Positions 41,658 to 52,368 of a stretch of DNA of 64,000 nucleotides are shown here, one piece after another (the stretch's first letter is position 1; each line of letters opens with the position of its first letter). The notes under the pieces were generated by a model. It saw only the letters and a program-made list of their open reading frames with translations, had not been told where the DNA came from and searched no databases. The DNA is from Bacillota bacterium. Its GTDB lineage: Bacteria > Bacillota > Clostridia > Tissierellales > MES13. The stretch lies in the NCBI GenBank assembly GCA_009711765.1, contig VEND01000029.1:4320-68319 (forward strand), given 5' to 3'. A program made the position numbers and the translations under genes.

Positions 41658-43430
41658 ATGTCAGCAGCTTTAATAACAATAGCTATAATTGTGCTTATGT
41701 TTATAGCCCTTGTTTTTGAATTATTTGAACCTATACTAAGCTTTTTTCTAGCCATAGTTTTATTAATGGTATTTCAAATAATAAATATAGAGGATGCTAT
41801 AACAGGATTTAATAATAAAGGAGTATTAACCATAGCAGCATTATTTATTATAGCAGGAACTATAAGAAAAAGTCCTGTTATATTTCATTTTTCTAACAAA
41901 GTATTAGGAAGTAACTTTAAGGGAAGAAAGACTATTTTTAAGATATTATTACCTGTAACTTTATTATCTTCCTTTGTAAATAATACTCCCGTGGTATCCC
42001 TTTATACACCTATAGTAAGGGATTGGTGTAAAAAGGTAAAAGTACCTTCGAGTAAAATTTTAATATTAATATCCTATACATCAATATTTGGTGGTATTTT
42101 AACACTTATTGGAACATCTACAAACCTAGTTGTTAGTGGATTGTTAGAACAAGAAGGTTTTAATCCCCTTACCATGTTTCAGTTAACTAAGGTAGCAATA
42201 TTTTTATGTATAATAGGATATATTTATATACTTTTTACTTACAATAAATTATTACCTAATAATAAGGACTCAATAAATAAAGTAAAAGTAAATACAAAGG
42301 ATTATTTAGTAACTGTTGTTGTAGAAAGGAACTGTGAAATTATAGGTAAGACTGTTGAAGGAGCTGGCTTAAGGAGTTTAGAAGGACTTTACTTAATAGA
42401 AATTAATAGAGTAGATAAAGAAATAGCTCCAGTAGATAGACAAGAAATCATAAGAAAGGGCGATGAATTAGTCTTTACTGGAAAAATTGAAACCTTAGTT
42501 CAATTACAAGCTATTAAGGGTCTTAATTTTGATTCATCTATTAGATTTGGTTTTGAAGATTTAAAAAATAAAAGGGCTGAGGTAGTAGAAGCTGTAATTT
42601 CAGAGTCCTTTCCATATTTACATAAAACTATCAAAAAAAGTAAGTTTAGAAGTAAATATGACGCCGCTGTAATAGCTGTAATTAGAAATGGTGAAAGATT
42701 AAAAGGAAAACTTGGTAACGTAAAATTAAAGGTAGGAGATACAGTACTTCTTATAGCGAAGAAGGGTTTTATGGAAAGATGGGGAGATTCCAATGATTTT
42801 TATTTGATAAATAATCATAACCTAGATAGTTATCTTCCGGATAAGAAATCATGGATACCTTTAGCTACATTTCTTTTGATTATAATATTAGCCTCATTTA
42901 ATATATTAAGTATTTTAGAATCTAGTTTATTAGGTCTTGCAATACTATTTTTAACTAAAGTTATTATACCTAGGGAAGCATTAAAGATGATATCTTGGGA
43001 AACCTTAGGAGTTATTGCCCTTTCCTTTGGATTAGGTAAAGCAATGGTTAATAGTGGGGCAGCTGATTTAATTGCTAAAAATATTATAATAATAGCAAAC
43101 GGATGTGGAGTATATGGAGCATTACTTGTAATATATATTATGACAAATATATTTACAGAGCTTATTACTAATAATGCCGCAGCTGTATTAGCATTTCCAA
43201 TTGCGGTTAAAGTATCACAAAGTTTAGATGTAAGTCATATGCCCTTTGTAGTAGCAGTTGCAATAGCAGCATCGGCTGCATTTTCATCACCCTATGGGTA
43301 TCAGACAAACTTGATGGTATATGGTTTAGGAGGATATAAGTTTAAAGATTTTATAAAGTTTGGATTACCTTTAAATATTTTATTTATGATATTTTCAATC
43401 ATATTAATACCGTTATTCTTTAAATTTTAA
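41658..43430 (+). CDS. SLC13/DASS family permease with TrkA-C domains (probable sulfate uptake)
   Basis: VNNTPVV, TLIGTSTNL, TNNAAA and PYGYQTN motifs; embedded between cysD and cysN. Confidence 0.85.
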   Translation: MSAALITIAIIVLMFIALVFELFEPILSFFLAIVLLMVFQIINIEDAITGFNNKGVLTIAALFIIAGTIRKSPVIFHFSNKVLGSNFKGRKTIFKILLPVTLLSSFVNNTPVVSLYTPIVRDWCKKVKVPSSKILILISYTSIFGGILTLIGTSTNLVVSGLLEQEGFNPLTMFQLTKVAIFLCIIGYIYILFTYNKLLPNNKDSINKVKVNTKDYLVTVVVERNCEIIGKTVEGAGLRSLEGLYLIEINRVDKEIAPVDRQEIIRKGDELVFTGKIETLVQLQAIKGLNFDSSIRFGFEDLKNKRAEVVEAVISESFPYLHKTIKKSKFRSKYDAAVIAVIRNGERLKGKLGNVKLKVGDTVLLIAKKGFMERWGDSNDFYLINNHNLDSYLPDKKSWIPLATFLLIIILASFNILSILESSLLGLAILFLTKVIIPREALKMISWETLGVIALSFGLGKAMVNSGAADLIAKNIIIIANGCGVYGALLVIYIMTNIFTELITNNAAAVLAFPIAVKVSQSLDVSHMPFVVAVAIAASAAFSSPYGYQTNLMVYGLGGYKFKDFIKFGLPLNILFMIFSIILIPLFFKF

Positions 43431-43466
43431 TTTTTAGTCTATAAAGACTTAAAGAAGGAGGCAGTT

Positions 43467-45275
43467 ATGGAACATTTAAATAAACAGGATGAGAATATGA
43501 ATATAGTAATAGTAGGTCATGTTGACCATGGAAAAAGTACGATAATAGGTAGACTCTTAGCAGATACAAATTCTTTACCGGAAGGTAAATTAGAACAAGT
43601 TAAAGAAACATGTAGGAGAAATTCTAAACCCTTTGAATATGCATTTTTATTAGATGCTTTAAAGGACGAACAGTCCCAGGGTATAACTATAGATTCAGCT
43701 AGGGTATTTTTTAATACAAAAAAAAGAAATTATATTATAATAGATGCTCCTGGACATATAGAATTTTTAAAGAATATGGTAACTGGAGCATCAAGGGCAG
43801 AATCAGCACTTTTAGTTATAGATGCTAACGAAGGTATAAAAGAAAATTCTAAAAGACATGGATATATGTTATCAATGCTAGGAATAAAGCAAGTATCGGT
43901 TTTAGTAAATAAAATGGATTTGGTTGATTATGATGAAGATACATATAAAAATATAGTAAAGGAATATACTAAATTTTTAGAAAAGATAGATATAAAACCA
44001 GAATCATTCATCCCAGTAAGTGGAATGATGGGAGATGCTGTAGCGAGTCTTTCTGATAATATGCCTTGGTATGAAGGACAAACTGTTTTAGAATCATTAG
44101 ATAATTTTAAGACTAAAAAGGAACCAGAAAATAGACCTTTTAGAATGCCAGTACAGGATGTATATAAATTTACTAAGGATGGAGATAATAGAAGAATTGT
44201 TGCAGGAAATATAGAATCAGGAAAGGTAAGTGTAGGAGATGAAGTAGTATTTTATCCTTCAGGAAAAAGTAGTAAGGTTAAATCTATAGAAGGTTTTAAT
44301 AGGGAAAAAACTGATACTATAGGAGTAGGATATGCTACAGGTTTTACCTTAGAAGAACAGATTTATATAAAAAGAGGAGAATTAGCATCAATATATAACC
44401 AAAAGAAGCCAAAGGTATCATCAAGGATAAAGACTAATCTTTTCTGGCTTGGAAGAAAACCTATGAAAAAGGGAAAAGAATATAAATTTAAAGTAGGTAC
44501 TTCTAAAGTAATAGCAAAAATAGAAGAGATAACAAGGGTTATTGATGCTTCAGATTTAAGTAATGCTAAAAAAGAAAGTATAGATAGACATGATGTAGCT
44601 GAATGTATTTTAACACTAGATAAAGCGATAGCTTTTGATGAAGTAACTGATATAGATAAGACAAGTCGCTTTGTTATAGTTGATGATTATGAAATAGCAG
44701 GTGGAGGAATAATTCAAAAGGCTCTAGAAGATGATTTAAGTGAAGTAAGAGATAAGGTAATGCTTAGAAATTATAAATGGGAAAAAAGTATAATAACAAA
44801 GGAAGAAAGAGCGGAAAAATACAATCAAAAATCTTCACTTATATTAATTACAGGAAAAGAGGATGTAGGTAAAAAACCTTTAGCTAAGACCCTTGAGAAA
44901 AAGTTATTTAATGATGGGAAGATAGTATATTTCTTAGGTATAGGAAACTTATTATATGGAGTGGATGCAGATATTAAAGCAACTTCTAATAATAATAAGG
45001 AAGAACATTTAAGAAGATTAGCAGAAGTTGCAAATATAATACTAGATTCTGGATCAATACTTATAGTAACAGCTGTAGGACTTACAAAGGAAAACTTAGA
45101 TACAATTAAAACTTCAATAGATACAGAAAATATCCAAACAGTATGGGTTGGAGATGAAGTAACTACTAATATACCTGTAGATATACAGATAACAGATACA
45201 AATTCTTTAGAGGCTGAATCAAATAGAATTAAAGGATTATTACAAAAAGAAGGTATCATATTTAAACCATGGTAA
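43467..45275 (+). CDS. cysN: Sulfate adenylyltransferase subunit 1 with degenerate C-terminal APS-kinase-like domain
   Basis: [20 protein letters not shown] and NKMD GTPase motifs; the C-terminal domain has TGKEDVGK and LGIGNL in place of TGLSGSGK and LDGDN. Confidence 0.9.
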   Translation: MEHLNKQDENMNIVIVGHVDHGKSTIIGRLLADTNSLPEGKLEQVKETCRRNSKPFEYAFLLDALKDEQSQGITIDSARVFFNTKKRNYIIIDAPGHIEFLKNMVTGASRAESALLVIDANEGIKENSKRHGYMLSMLGIKQVSVLVNKMDLVDYDEDTYKNIVKEYTKFLEKIDIKPESFIPVSGMMGDAVASLSDNMPWYEGQTVLESLDNFKTKKEPENRPFRMPVQDVYKFTKDGDNRRIVAGNIESGKVSVGDEVVFYPSGKSSKVKSIEGFNREKTDTIGVGYATGFTLEEQIYIKRGELASIYNQKKPKVSSRIKTNLFWLGRKPMKKGKEYKFKVGTSKVIAKIEEITRVIDASDLSNAKKESIDRHDVAECILTLDKAIAFDEVTDIDKTSRFVIVDDYEIAGGGIIQKALEDDLSEVRDKVMLRNYKWEKSIITKEERAEKYNQKSSLILITGKEDVGKKPLAKTLEKKLFNDGKIVYFLGIGNLLYGVDADIKATSNNNKEEHLRRLAEVANIILDSGSILIVTAVGLTKENLDTIKTSIDTENIQTVWVGDEVTTNIPVDIQITDTNSLEAESNRIKGLLQKEGIIFKPW

Positions 45276-45291
45276 AGAAAGTGGTGAAAAA

Positions 45292-45888
45292 ATGAAATTT
45301 AATAAAGAGAAAAGTAAAAATATTGTATGGCATGAGGGAAAAATAACATATAGTGATAGATGTCAAAATCTAGGGCAGGAAGGGCTTGTAATTTGGTTTA
45401 CAGGTCTTTCAGGATCTGGCAAATCAACTATTGCAGTAGAAGTAGAAAAAGAACTTATAAAAAAAGGAAAAGCTGTTTATAGGCTAGATGGGGATAATGT
45501 AAGACATGGACTTAATTCAGATTTAGGTTTTTCTAAGGAAGATAGAAATGAAAATATAAGAAGGATAGTAGAAGTAGCAGCACTTTTTAAAGATGCAGGT
45601 TTAATAACATTAGCATCTTTCATATCTCCATATAAAAAAATGAGAAACTTTGCTAGAGAAAAGGTAGGAAAAGAAAACTTTATAGAAGTCTATGTAAAAG
45701 CAGATGTAGAAACATGTTCTAAAAGAGATCCTAAGGGTCTATATGAAAAGGCAAAAAAGGGAGAAATAAAGGATTTTACAGGGATATCATCACCCTATGA
45801 GGAACCTGAAAATCCAGATGTAATTATTGATAGTGATAAACTTTCTATCAAAGAATCAACTAATAAGATATTAGAGGTTATTGACTAA
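45292..45888 (+). CDS. cysC: Adenylyl-sulfate kinase
   Basis: WFTGLSGSGKST, LDGDNVRHGL, RDPKGLY and FTGISSPYE motifs. Confidence 0.96.
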   Translation: MKFNKEKSKNIVWHEGKITYSDRCQNLGQEGLVIWFTGLSGSGKSTIAVEVEKELIKKGKAVYRLDGDNVRHGLNSDLGFSKEDRNENIRRIVEVAALFKDAGLITLASFISPYKKMRNFAREKVGKENFIEVYVKADVETCSKRDPKGLYEKAKKGEIKDFTGISSPYEEPENPDVIIDSDKLSIKESTNKILEVID

Positions 45889-46125
45889 GAAATGTAAATT
45901 AGAAGATATGTTTGTGTTAAACTCTTGAGTGAGATTATAATAATGTTTTTTTAGACAACTTTTATAATATCTCTTGGTAAAAATTTTACAAGTTATCGTT
46001 TATAATATAAACAATATAAGAGTCACAATTTAGTGCTACAAATCTTAAATGATAAAAAAGCATATAATTTCTATTGAAAAAAATGCTTTTAAGTATTCTA
46101 GATAATATATATTTAATTTAAAGGA

Positions 46126-46446
46126 TTGTTAATTATGAAAAAAATATTAGTATTAGATTATAATAATAATAATAAAATTAGATATGAAGAATTTAAAGAT
46201 TTAATAAATGATTTTATTAATAATAAATATTATCTAGAAATGATATTTATAATTGATGAGAAAATTGAAGACAATGTAATTGCATATATGTTATGTAATA
46301 TCAAACGAAAGATTGATTACTTTAACAAATATATGAAAAATGAAAGCTTTAGTTATAAACTTAAATATATTAGTAATAAAAAACAAATTAAAGATATTAA
46401 AAGGGAATATAACTTAGAAAATGTAATAATTAAAGAATACAAGTGA
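46126..46446 (+). CDS. Hypothetical protein (paralogue of 39652..39957)
   Basis: KKILVLDYN..IFIID..YMLCNIKRK..YKLKYI, similar to the ORF before cysQ. Confidence 0.55.
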   Translation: MLIMKKILVLDYNNNNKIRYEEFKDLINDFINNKYYLEMIFIIDEKIEDNVIAYMLCNIKRKIDYFNKYMKNESFSYKLKYISNKKQIKDIKREYNLENVIIKEYK

Positions 46447-47100
46447 TTAGATAAAGCACCTATTTATATATCTATACGATGTAGATATATAATAAACCAA
46501 GCTATATTTAAAAATTAGGATACCAAACTTGGTAAAGTTGGAGATATACAAACTACAGTTGATTTTACATTAAAAAGAGATAATTTTTAAAAAAGGATAG
46601 TTAAGTATTTAAAAAAGATATTAGATAAGTAAACAAAGGATAATAATCTTGATGAGCTAGTAGAGTAGAGAGAAATAGAATTGAATAGAAGGATGTAAGC
46701 ACCCTAATTTATTTTGGGGTGCTGTTATTAATTCTTTAAAGTTAAGTATTGTTTGATATTTTATTTTAAGTGGAAAAGGCTAGGGATGGGGTAATTATAT
46801 TCTTTTTTTCGTAAGTTCTATATAAAAATAAAATATTATTTATAAGGGATCACTTTTAGATATTAATTAAGGGTCAGCTTTAATTATAAATCAATAGCTA
46901 TAACTGAAGAAAAAGGTCATTATTAGTAGGGAGTTTATTTGCTAGTAATGACCTTTTTTAGATGGAATTCATTTGTAAAACAAAGAAGGAAATATAAAAC
47001 ATTTGTTGAAATAAAAGTAATGAGAAAAGATTATATAAAGAGCATATATAGATTGAATGTAAAATAGAAAAAAATATAGCTATTAGAGGGGGATAATGTT

Positions 47101-47442
47101 ATGTACAATAATGAAGAAATGATAAAAAGGTTAACTAGGGAAGTTAAAGATGAGATTAAAGCATGTAATGAATATGATGATATTTCATCTAGAACATATA
47201 TGTATAGTGATTTTCCTAAAGTTTTATCGGAAATAGATGAAATAATGGATAATTTAAAACTAAAAATAAGAGTATTAAAAAAAGCTTATGAAGAAATAGA
47301 TAAATATCCTTTAAATCAAGTTAATAGTGATTTTGAAAGTTTAAATTATATGTTTGATGATGTATATAAAGAAATATTAAAGCTTATTCCTGATGGAGTG
47401 GAGGTAAAGAAGAAATACTATTCTGAAAATGGAGAAGTTTAA
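47101..47442 (+). CDS. Hypothetical helical protein
   Basis: GAGGGG RBS; 113 aa; no motif recognised. Confidence 0.55.
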   Translation: MYNNEEMIKRLTREVKDEIKACNEYDDISSRTYMYSDFPKVLSEIDEIMDNLKLKIRVLKKAYEEIDKYPLNQVNSDFESLNYMFDDVYKEILKLIPDGVEVKKKYYSENGEV

Positions 47443-47838
47443 AAAGTATTACTAAAAGTTTAAGCATTTTTATGTAAATTATAAAAATATTTAAGACATC
47501 TGTAGATTTCTTTATGAATTTACAGATGTTTGTTATTTTAAATCAAACTAAAATATAAATAACAAATATATTAAAAAAAATTATATTTAATAATTGATAA
47601 AAGAAACAGACACAGTTTATTATTTTTTTAACAAACATAAATAGATGGGACATGTTTTTTATAGTTAAATCATATATATGTATATATGATCTATAAATTA
47701 ATAGTATGTTTAAGTAAAGAGTATATGTTACATGTAGGTATTAAGTTAGAGTAGGGATATTGACTTAATTGAAAGATTTTTTAGTAAATGTAAAAGTAAT
47801 TTATCTAAAATTTCACTAATTAAAAAGAGGGGTTTGAA

Positions 47839-48768
47839 TTGGGAATAGATAAAGAAAACAAAAAAAGAGTAGAATATATCCGTATAGCTAGTTACTATTA
47901 CAAATGGGGATTAACACAAAATGAAATTTCTAAGAAAATAAATGTATCTAGACAAAAGGTAAATAGGATGCTTAAAGAATGTGTGAAGTTAGGTATAGTT
48001 AAGTTTGTTATTCCAGAGTTAGAAGATAGTTATGTAAAATTAGAGTCAGAAATAGAAAAAAAATATAATTTAAAAGCTGTTCGTATAGCTAAACATGGTT
48101 GTCAAGAAAATTTGTATTCAGCATTAGGAAGAACAGGAAGTGAGTATCTAATGAAAATATTTAGTGATGGAGATACTATTGGTTTTTCTAGAGGAAGAAG
48201 TGTATCTAACTTAGTAGACTCTATAAATCCTAGAAAAATAAAGGATACTACAGCTGTTCAGTTAATGGGAGGATGGAATAATGAGAATACAAATGGAAAT
48301 TCAGATGAAATTGTCCATCGTTTTAGCGAGAAAGTTAATGCTCGACCAGCGAAGCTTTACGCTCCTGTAGTTGTAGAGTCTAAAATTTTAAAAGAAGCAA
48401 TTTTAAAAGAAGCTTCCTTTTTAAAAGTTTATGATATTATTAAATCCTGTTCTATTTCAGTTGTGGGTATAGGAAATGCTAAATATCCAGAATTAATACC
48501 TACCATGGGAGAGAAGGATTATAGTTATATTAAGGATAAAGCTGTGGGAGAAATATGTACACATTTCTTTGATGAAAATGGCGATTATATAAAAACTCCT
48601 TTTAATGATCGTGTTATATCGGTAGAATATGAAGATTATATGAATATTCCTATAAGAATTGGAGTTGCTGGTTCTTTAGAAAAATTAAAAGCTATTAAAG
48701 GAGCTGTTGCTGGAAAAATCATAAATGTTCTTATTACTGATTTTGAAACAGCAAAACATCTTTTATAA
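47839..48768 (+). CDS. SorC/DeoR(LsrR)-family sugar-phosphate-binding transcriptional regulator
   Basis: YYYKWGLTQNEIS..VSRQKVNRML HTH; GFSRGRS, VVGIG, AVGEIC..FFD and LITD motifs. Confidence 0.92.
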   Translation: MGIDKENKKRVEYIRIASYYYKWGLTQNEISKKINVSRQKVNRMLKECVKLGIVKFVIPELEDSYVKLESEIEKKYNLKAVRIAKHGCQENLYSALGRTGSEYLMKIFSDGDTIGFSRGRSVSNLVDSINPRKIKDTTAVQLMGGWNNENTNGNSDEIVHRFSEKVNARPAKLYAPVVVESKILKEAILKEASFLKVYDIIKSCSISVVGIGNAKYPELIPTMGEKDYSYIKDKAVGEICTHFFDENGDYIKTPFNDRVISVEYEDYMNIPIRIGVAGSLEKLKAIKGAVAGKIINVLITDFETAKHLL

Positions 48769-48770
48769 AA

Positions 48771-48818
48771 GCACCCTATAGATAGATTTTTTTAACATCT
48801 ATCTATAGGGTGTTTTTA
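48771..48818 (+). terminator. Intrinsic terminator after regulator
   Basis: GCACCCTATAGATAGAT/ATCTATCTATAGGGTGT followed by TTTT. Confidence 0.8.
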
Positions 48819-48895
48819 TGTTTAAGTATTTAATATAAAAATTTTAAAAATTTTAAAAATTTTAATATCATAAACTTGTCATATTTTTATACCAT

Positions 48896-48931
48896 AGTTA
48901 CATATGTATAGTAGTAGTTACAAATGTAACT
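48896..48931. promoter_or_regulatory. Candidate tandem operator for the SorC-family regulator
   Basis: Palindrome AGTTACA-AA-TGTAACT (48916-48931) and imperfect copy AGTTACATATGTATAG (48896-48911) just upstream of the aldolase RBS. Confidence 0.55.
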
Positions 48932-48966
48932 TAAGAATTAATAATGAATATTATAGGAGGGGAAAA

Positions 48967-49767
48967 ATGGTGGGTAGGAAAAATAGAATGAATCATATTT
49001 TTAAAAGGGACAATAAGACTTTTATTTTAGCAATGGACCATGGAGCAAATTTTAATGTTTTACCCCAGCTAAAAAAACAGGGGAAAATGATTAGAGAGTT
49101 AGCAAAAGCAGGAGCGGATGCATTTTTAGCAACACCTGGAATGGTAGATAAGTTTGGGGATGATTTTTTAGGTAAAGGAATTATTCTTAGAGTGGAAGGA
49201 GGAGTTTCATTTCTAGGAGACCGTTCTAAGCCTATGCAAATTGTTGTAAATGCTGAAGATGCATTAAGACTTGGGGCAGATTCTATTATTACTATGTCTT
49301 TTCCAGGGTCTAAGTTTGAAAATGAAATATTAAGTCAATTATCAAGAACAATCATGAAAGCCCATAAATGGAATCTACCAGTTACAGCTGAAGCATTACC
49401 TAGAGGATTTGAAGGAGGTAGTGATGCTAGAACACCAGAGAACATTACTTTTGCTTGTAGACAAAGTGTAGAGTTAGGAGCAGATATTGTTAAAACAATA
49501 TATACAGGGGATAAAGAAAGTTTTAAAGAGCTAACAGATAGTGTTTATGCACCTGTTGTAATTTTAGGTGGATCGAAAAAAGTAGCTGAACGTCAACTGT
49601 TACAAGAAATTAAAGATGCAATTAATTCAGGGGGAAAAGGTGTAGCTATGGGAAGAAATATATGGGGACATGAAAAGCCTGTTAAATATGCATCTTCAAT
49701 TTCTAGAATTATCCATGAAGATTGTAGCGTTGAAGCAGCTTTAAAAGAATTTAATACTTTGTATTAA
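48967..49767 (+). CDS. Class I (Schiff-base) aldolase, DhnA/FbaB/LsrF-like
   Basis: AMDHG, ELGADIVKT (catalytic Lys), VILGG and GVAMGRNIW motifs; AGGAGG RBS favours the start at 48967. Confidence 0.88.
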   Translation: MVGRKNRMNHIFKRDNKTFILAMDHGANFNVLPQLKKQGKMIRELAKAGADAFLATPGMVDKFGDDFLGKGIILRVEGGVSFLGDRSKPMQIVVNAEDALRLGADSIITMSFPGSKFENEILSQLSRTIMKAHKWNLPVTAEALPRGFEGGSDARTPENITFACRQSVELGADIVKTIYTGDKESFKELTDSVYAPVVILGGSKKVAERQLLQEIKDAINSGGKGVAMGRNIWGHEKPVKYASSISRIIHEDCSVEAALKEFNTLY

Positions 49768-49789
49768 GTAAAGATATGGGGGAGTTTAT

Positions 49790-50827
49790 ATGGAAAAATA
49801 TAAAGTAAGTGTAATCACTGATGAAAATAAAGTGAAATATTATGAGCTTGATAAAAAGGAGCCAGTAGATAATGAAGTTTTAGTAAAGGTTCATTCTAGT
49901 GCAATTTGTACATTAGAACAAAGAGTATTTAAAGGAATAAAACCAATATATCCCTTTGCAGGAGGACATGAAGTTTCTGGGATAGTTGAAAAAATAGGTA
50001 GTAAAGTTAAAAGTGTTAGTAAGGGGGATAAAGTTGTAATTAGAACCCTTAATACCTGTGGAGAATGTGAGTTTTGTAGAAGTGGACATGAAAATCTATG
50101 TAGGGTTTCATATCAGTCATCAACCCATTCAGAGTTTAAAGGCCCGGGTGGTTTATCTGAATATATGACAGTAGATGCAGCTAAAGTATATAAACTAGAT
50201 CAAGATGTAAATTTAAGTTTTGCATCATTAACAGAGCCACTAGCTTGCTGCATTCATAGTATAAAGAAAGCTAATATAGATTTTGGAGATAATGTTGTGG
50301 TTATGGGTGTTGGAATTATGGGGCTTTTCCATATTCAACTTGCAAAGCTTAGAGGTGCAAAGGTAATTGCTTGTGACATTAATGAAGAAAGGTTAGAGAT
50401 TGCATCAAATTTAGGTGCTGATATAACTATAAATTCAAGTGATAATAAACTACTTATAAAAAAGATAAATGAAATAACAAAGGGTAGAGGTGTTGATGTA
50501 TCAATTTGTACTGTTCCTTCTACTTTGGTTGCTGCTGATTGTGTAAGTATAACAGGAAAATTAGGAAGGGTTGTAATGTATACATCATTCTATCCAGACA
50601 ACCCAATCGATACTAGTCCAAATAAGATACATTCTACAGAGAAAACAATAACAGGAGCAGTTAGTCCAACTAATAAAGATTTTTTAATTGCAACAAAACT
50701 TATTTCAAATAATGTAATAGATATGGAAAATGTTATAACTGATATAATTCCAATGACAAATTTAAAAAAAGCTTTTGAAAAGGCACTAAAACCAAGCTCA
50801 TATAGAATACTTATAGATTTTTCTTAA
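49790..50827 (+). CDS. Zn-dependent MDR polyol/alcohol dehydrogenase
   Basis: IC..GHE, structural-Zn CGECEFC..C, EPLAC and GVGIMG motifs. Confidence 0.9.
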   Translation: MEKYKVSVITDENKVKYYELDKKEPVDNEVLVKVHSSAICTLEQRVFKGIKPIYPFAGGHEVSGIVEKIGSKVKSVSKGDKVVIRTLNTCGECEFCRSGHENLCRVSYQSSTHSEFKGPGGLSEYMTVDAAKVYKLDQDVNLSFASLTEPLACCIHSIKKANIDFGDNVVVMGVGIMGLFHIQLAKLRGAKVIACDINEERLEIASNLGADITINSSDNKLLIKKINEITKGRGVDVSICTVPSTLVAADCVSITGKLGRVVMYTSFYPDNPIDTSPNKIHSTEKTITGAVSPTNKDFLIATKLISNNVIDMENVITDIIPMTNLKKAFEKALKPSSYRILIDFS

Positions 50828-50889
50828 GACTAAAGTATAGATTAAAAGCGTAGTTTACACTTTAGAAAGGTTTAAAAAGGAGGGTTAAC

Positions 50890-52260
50890 ATGGCAAATTC
50901 ATCTAAAGATTCTACGACACAAGGAGGAACGTTAAATTTACTTAGTTGTGTAACAATTATTGTAGGTGGTATGGTAGGTAGTGCTATTTTTTCTCTTTCA
51001 GGATTGACAATGTATTATGCTGGACCAGCATCAGTTATTTCATGGATCATCGCTGGAATTATTTTATTAATGTATGGTTTACAAGTTGCTGAACTTGCTA
51101 CAATCTTTCCAAAGTCAGGTGGAGTATTTGTTTTTCCATCAAAGTCTCTTGGTAAAACAGAACTACAAGGTAAAATTTGGGGTTGGTTTTCAGCATGGGG
51201 TTATATTACAGCTAATATTGCTGGAATAGCTTTTTCAGCTATTTATGTTTCCATGTATCTAGGGGTAGGATTCCCTATATTTTCTAATTTACAGGTTCCA
51301 TTAGCTGTTGGAGCGGTTATTGTATGTGGAATTTTAAATTTTTATAGAATTTCTGTAGCAGGTAAAGCAAATACAATTTTATTAACTATCTTAGTTTTAA
51401 CTATGTTAGTATTTGTTGCAGTAGGTTTATTCGGTGGAAAGTGGGACTTAAGTTTAATTACTCCGTTTTTTACTCAAGGAGCATTAGGAGCTTCAGGATT
51501 TGTTAGTGCAATACCTAATGCTATGGTTGCATATGGCTCAATAGTAGCTATTGCTTTCATGGTATCTGAAGTTAAAAATCCAAATAAAAATGTACCTAAA
51601 TCAGCTATGATAGCTATGGGGATTGTTGGATTACTTTATGCGATAGTTATAATTACAACGACAGGATTAGTTTCTGCAAAGTTTTTAATAGAAAATCCAG
51701 GTATGAGGTTTATACCATTATATGCTGCAGCATTTACTAAGTTATCTATGTATCCATGGCTACCTAAAGTTATATCTATATCAGCTGTGATGGCTCTTTT
51801 AACTACTATATTAGTATTAATTGCAATTACTTCTAGAGCTATCGAAGCTACAGCTTTAGGAGGATTTTTACCTAAGTCTTTAGGGAAAAAACATAAAAAA
51901 ACTAAAGCTCCATTAAATGCTACTATCGTTGTAGTTGTTATTAGTTCTATTATCTCTTTATTTCCTCAATTAACTGAGCAGATTGTTAACTTAGGTTCTT
52001 TATTTGCTGCTATTACTATTGTTATAAATTGTATATCCCTATTAGTAGCACGAAGAAAGTATGAGTATATAGAAGGTAATTATCGTGCTCCAGGAGGGTC
52101 TGTTATACCAGTAATAACATTAGTTGTTATTGTTTTATCATATGTGCCTAGAATATTAGATGGTTCAGAAGTGATTTTATTTACAATTATTTGGTATGCT
52201 GTGGCAGGGATATTATTACTTTTTACTAAGGAGAAAGTAAAAAAGACAGTGGAAAATTAA
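50890..52260 (+). CDS. APC family permease
   Basis: GGMVGSAIF, AELATIFPKSGG and SEVKNPNKNVP motifs; about 12 TMs. Confidence 0.88.
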   Translation: MANSSKDSTTQGGTLNLLSCVTIIVGGMVGSAIFSLSGLTMYYAGPASVISWIIAGIILLMYGLQVAELATIFPKSGGVFVFPSKSLGKTELQGKIWGWFSAWGYITANIAGIAFSAIYVSMYLGVGFPIFSNLQVPLAVGAVIVCGILNFYRISVAGKANTILLTILVLTMLVFVAVGLFGGKWDLSLITPFFTQGALGASGFVSAIPNAMVAYGSIVAIAFMVSEVKNPNKNVPKSAMIAMGIVGLLYAIVIITTTGLVSAKFLIENPGMRFIPLYAAAFTKLSMYPWLPKVISISAVMALLTTILVLIAITSRAIEATALGGFLPKSLGKKHKKTKAPLNATIVVVVISSIISLFPQLTEQIVNLGSLFAAITIVINCISLLVARRKYEYIEGNYRAPGGSVIPVITLVVIVLSYVPRILDGSEVILFTIIWYAVAGILLLFTKEKVKKTVEN

Positions 52261-52368
52261 AATTAAATTTTAGTATATAAATCCTTATTAGAAGAAATAA
52301 GTAAGAGGGTAAATTACCCTCTTACTTTAAAATTAGTTTTCAATGGGGGAGTTAGGGGGTTTATAAAG

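Noticed and set aside
39977-45888. Assimilatory sulfate reduction operon for cysteine synthesis
   Set aside because: No cysH, sulfite reductase or cysK in the cluster; linkage to sulfotransferases fits PAPS supply better.
46450-47100. Possible sRNA or riboswitch in the long intergenic region with two hairpins (~46699-46723, ~46911-46958)
   Set aside because: Only terminator-like hairpins and short broken frames; no aptamer consensus recognised.
48836-48866. AAAATTTT short tandem repeat
   Set aside because: Low-complexity AT sequence; not a CRISPR or iteron array.
47839-49767. AI-2 (lsr) quorum-sensing operon suggested by LsrR-like and LsrF-like genes
   Set aside because: No lsrK, lsrG or lsrACDB; the other genes do not fit AI-2 processing.
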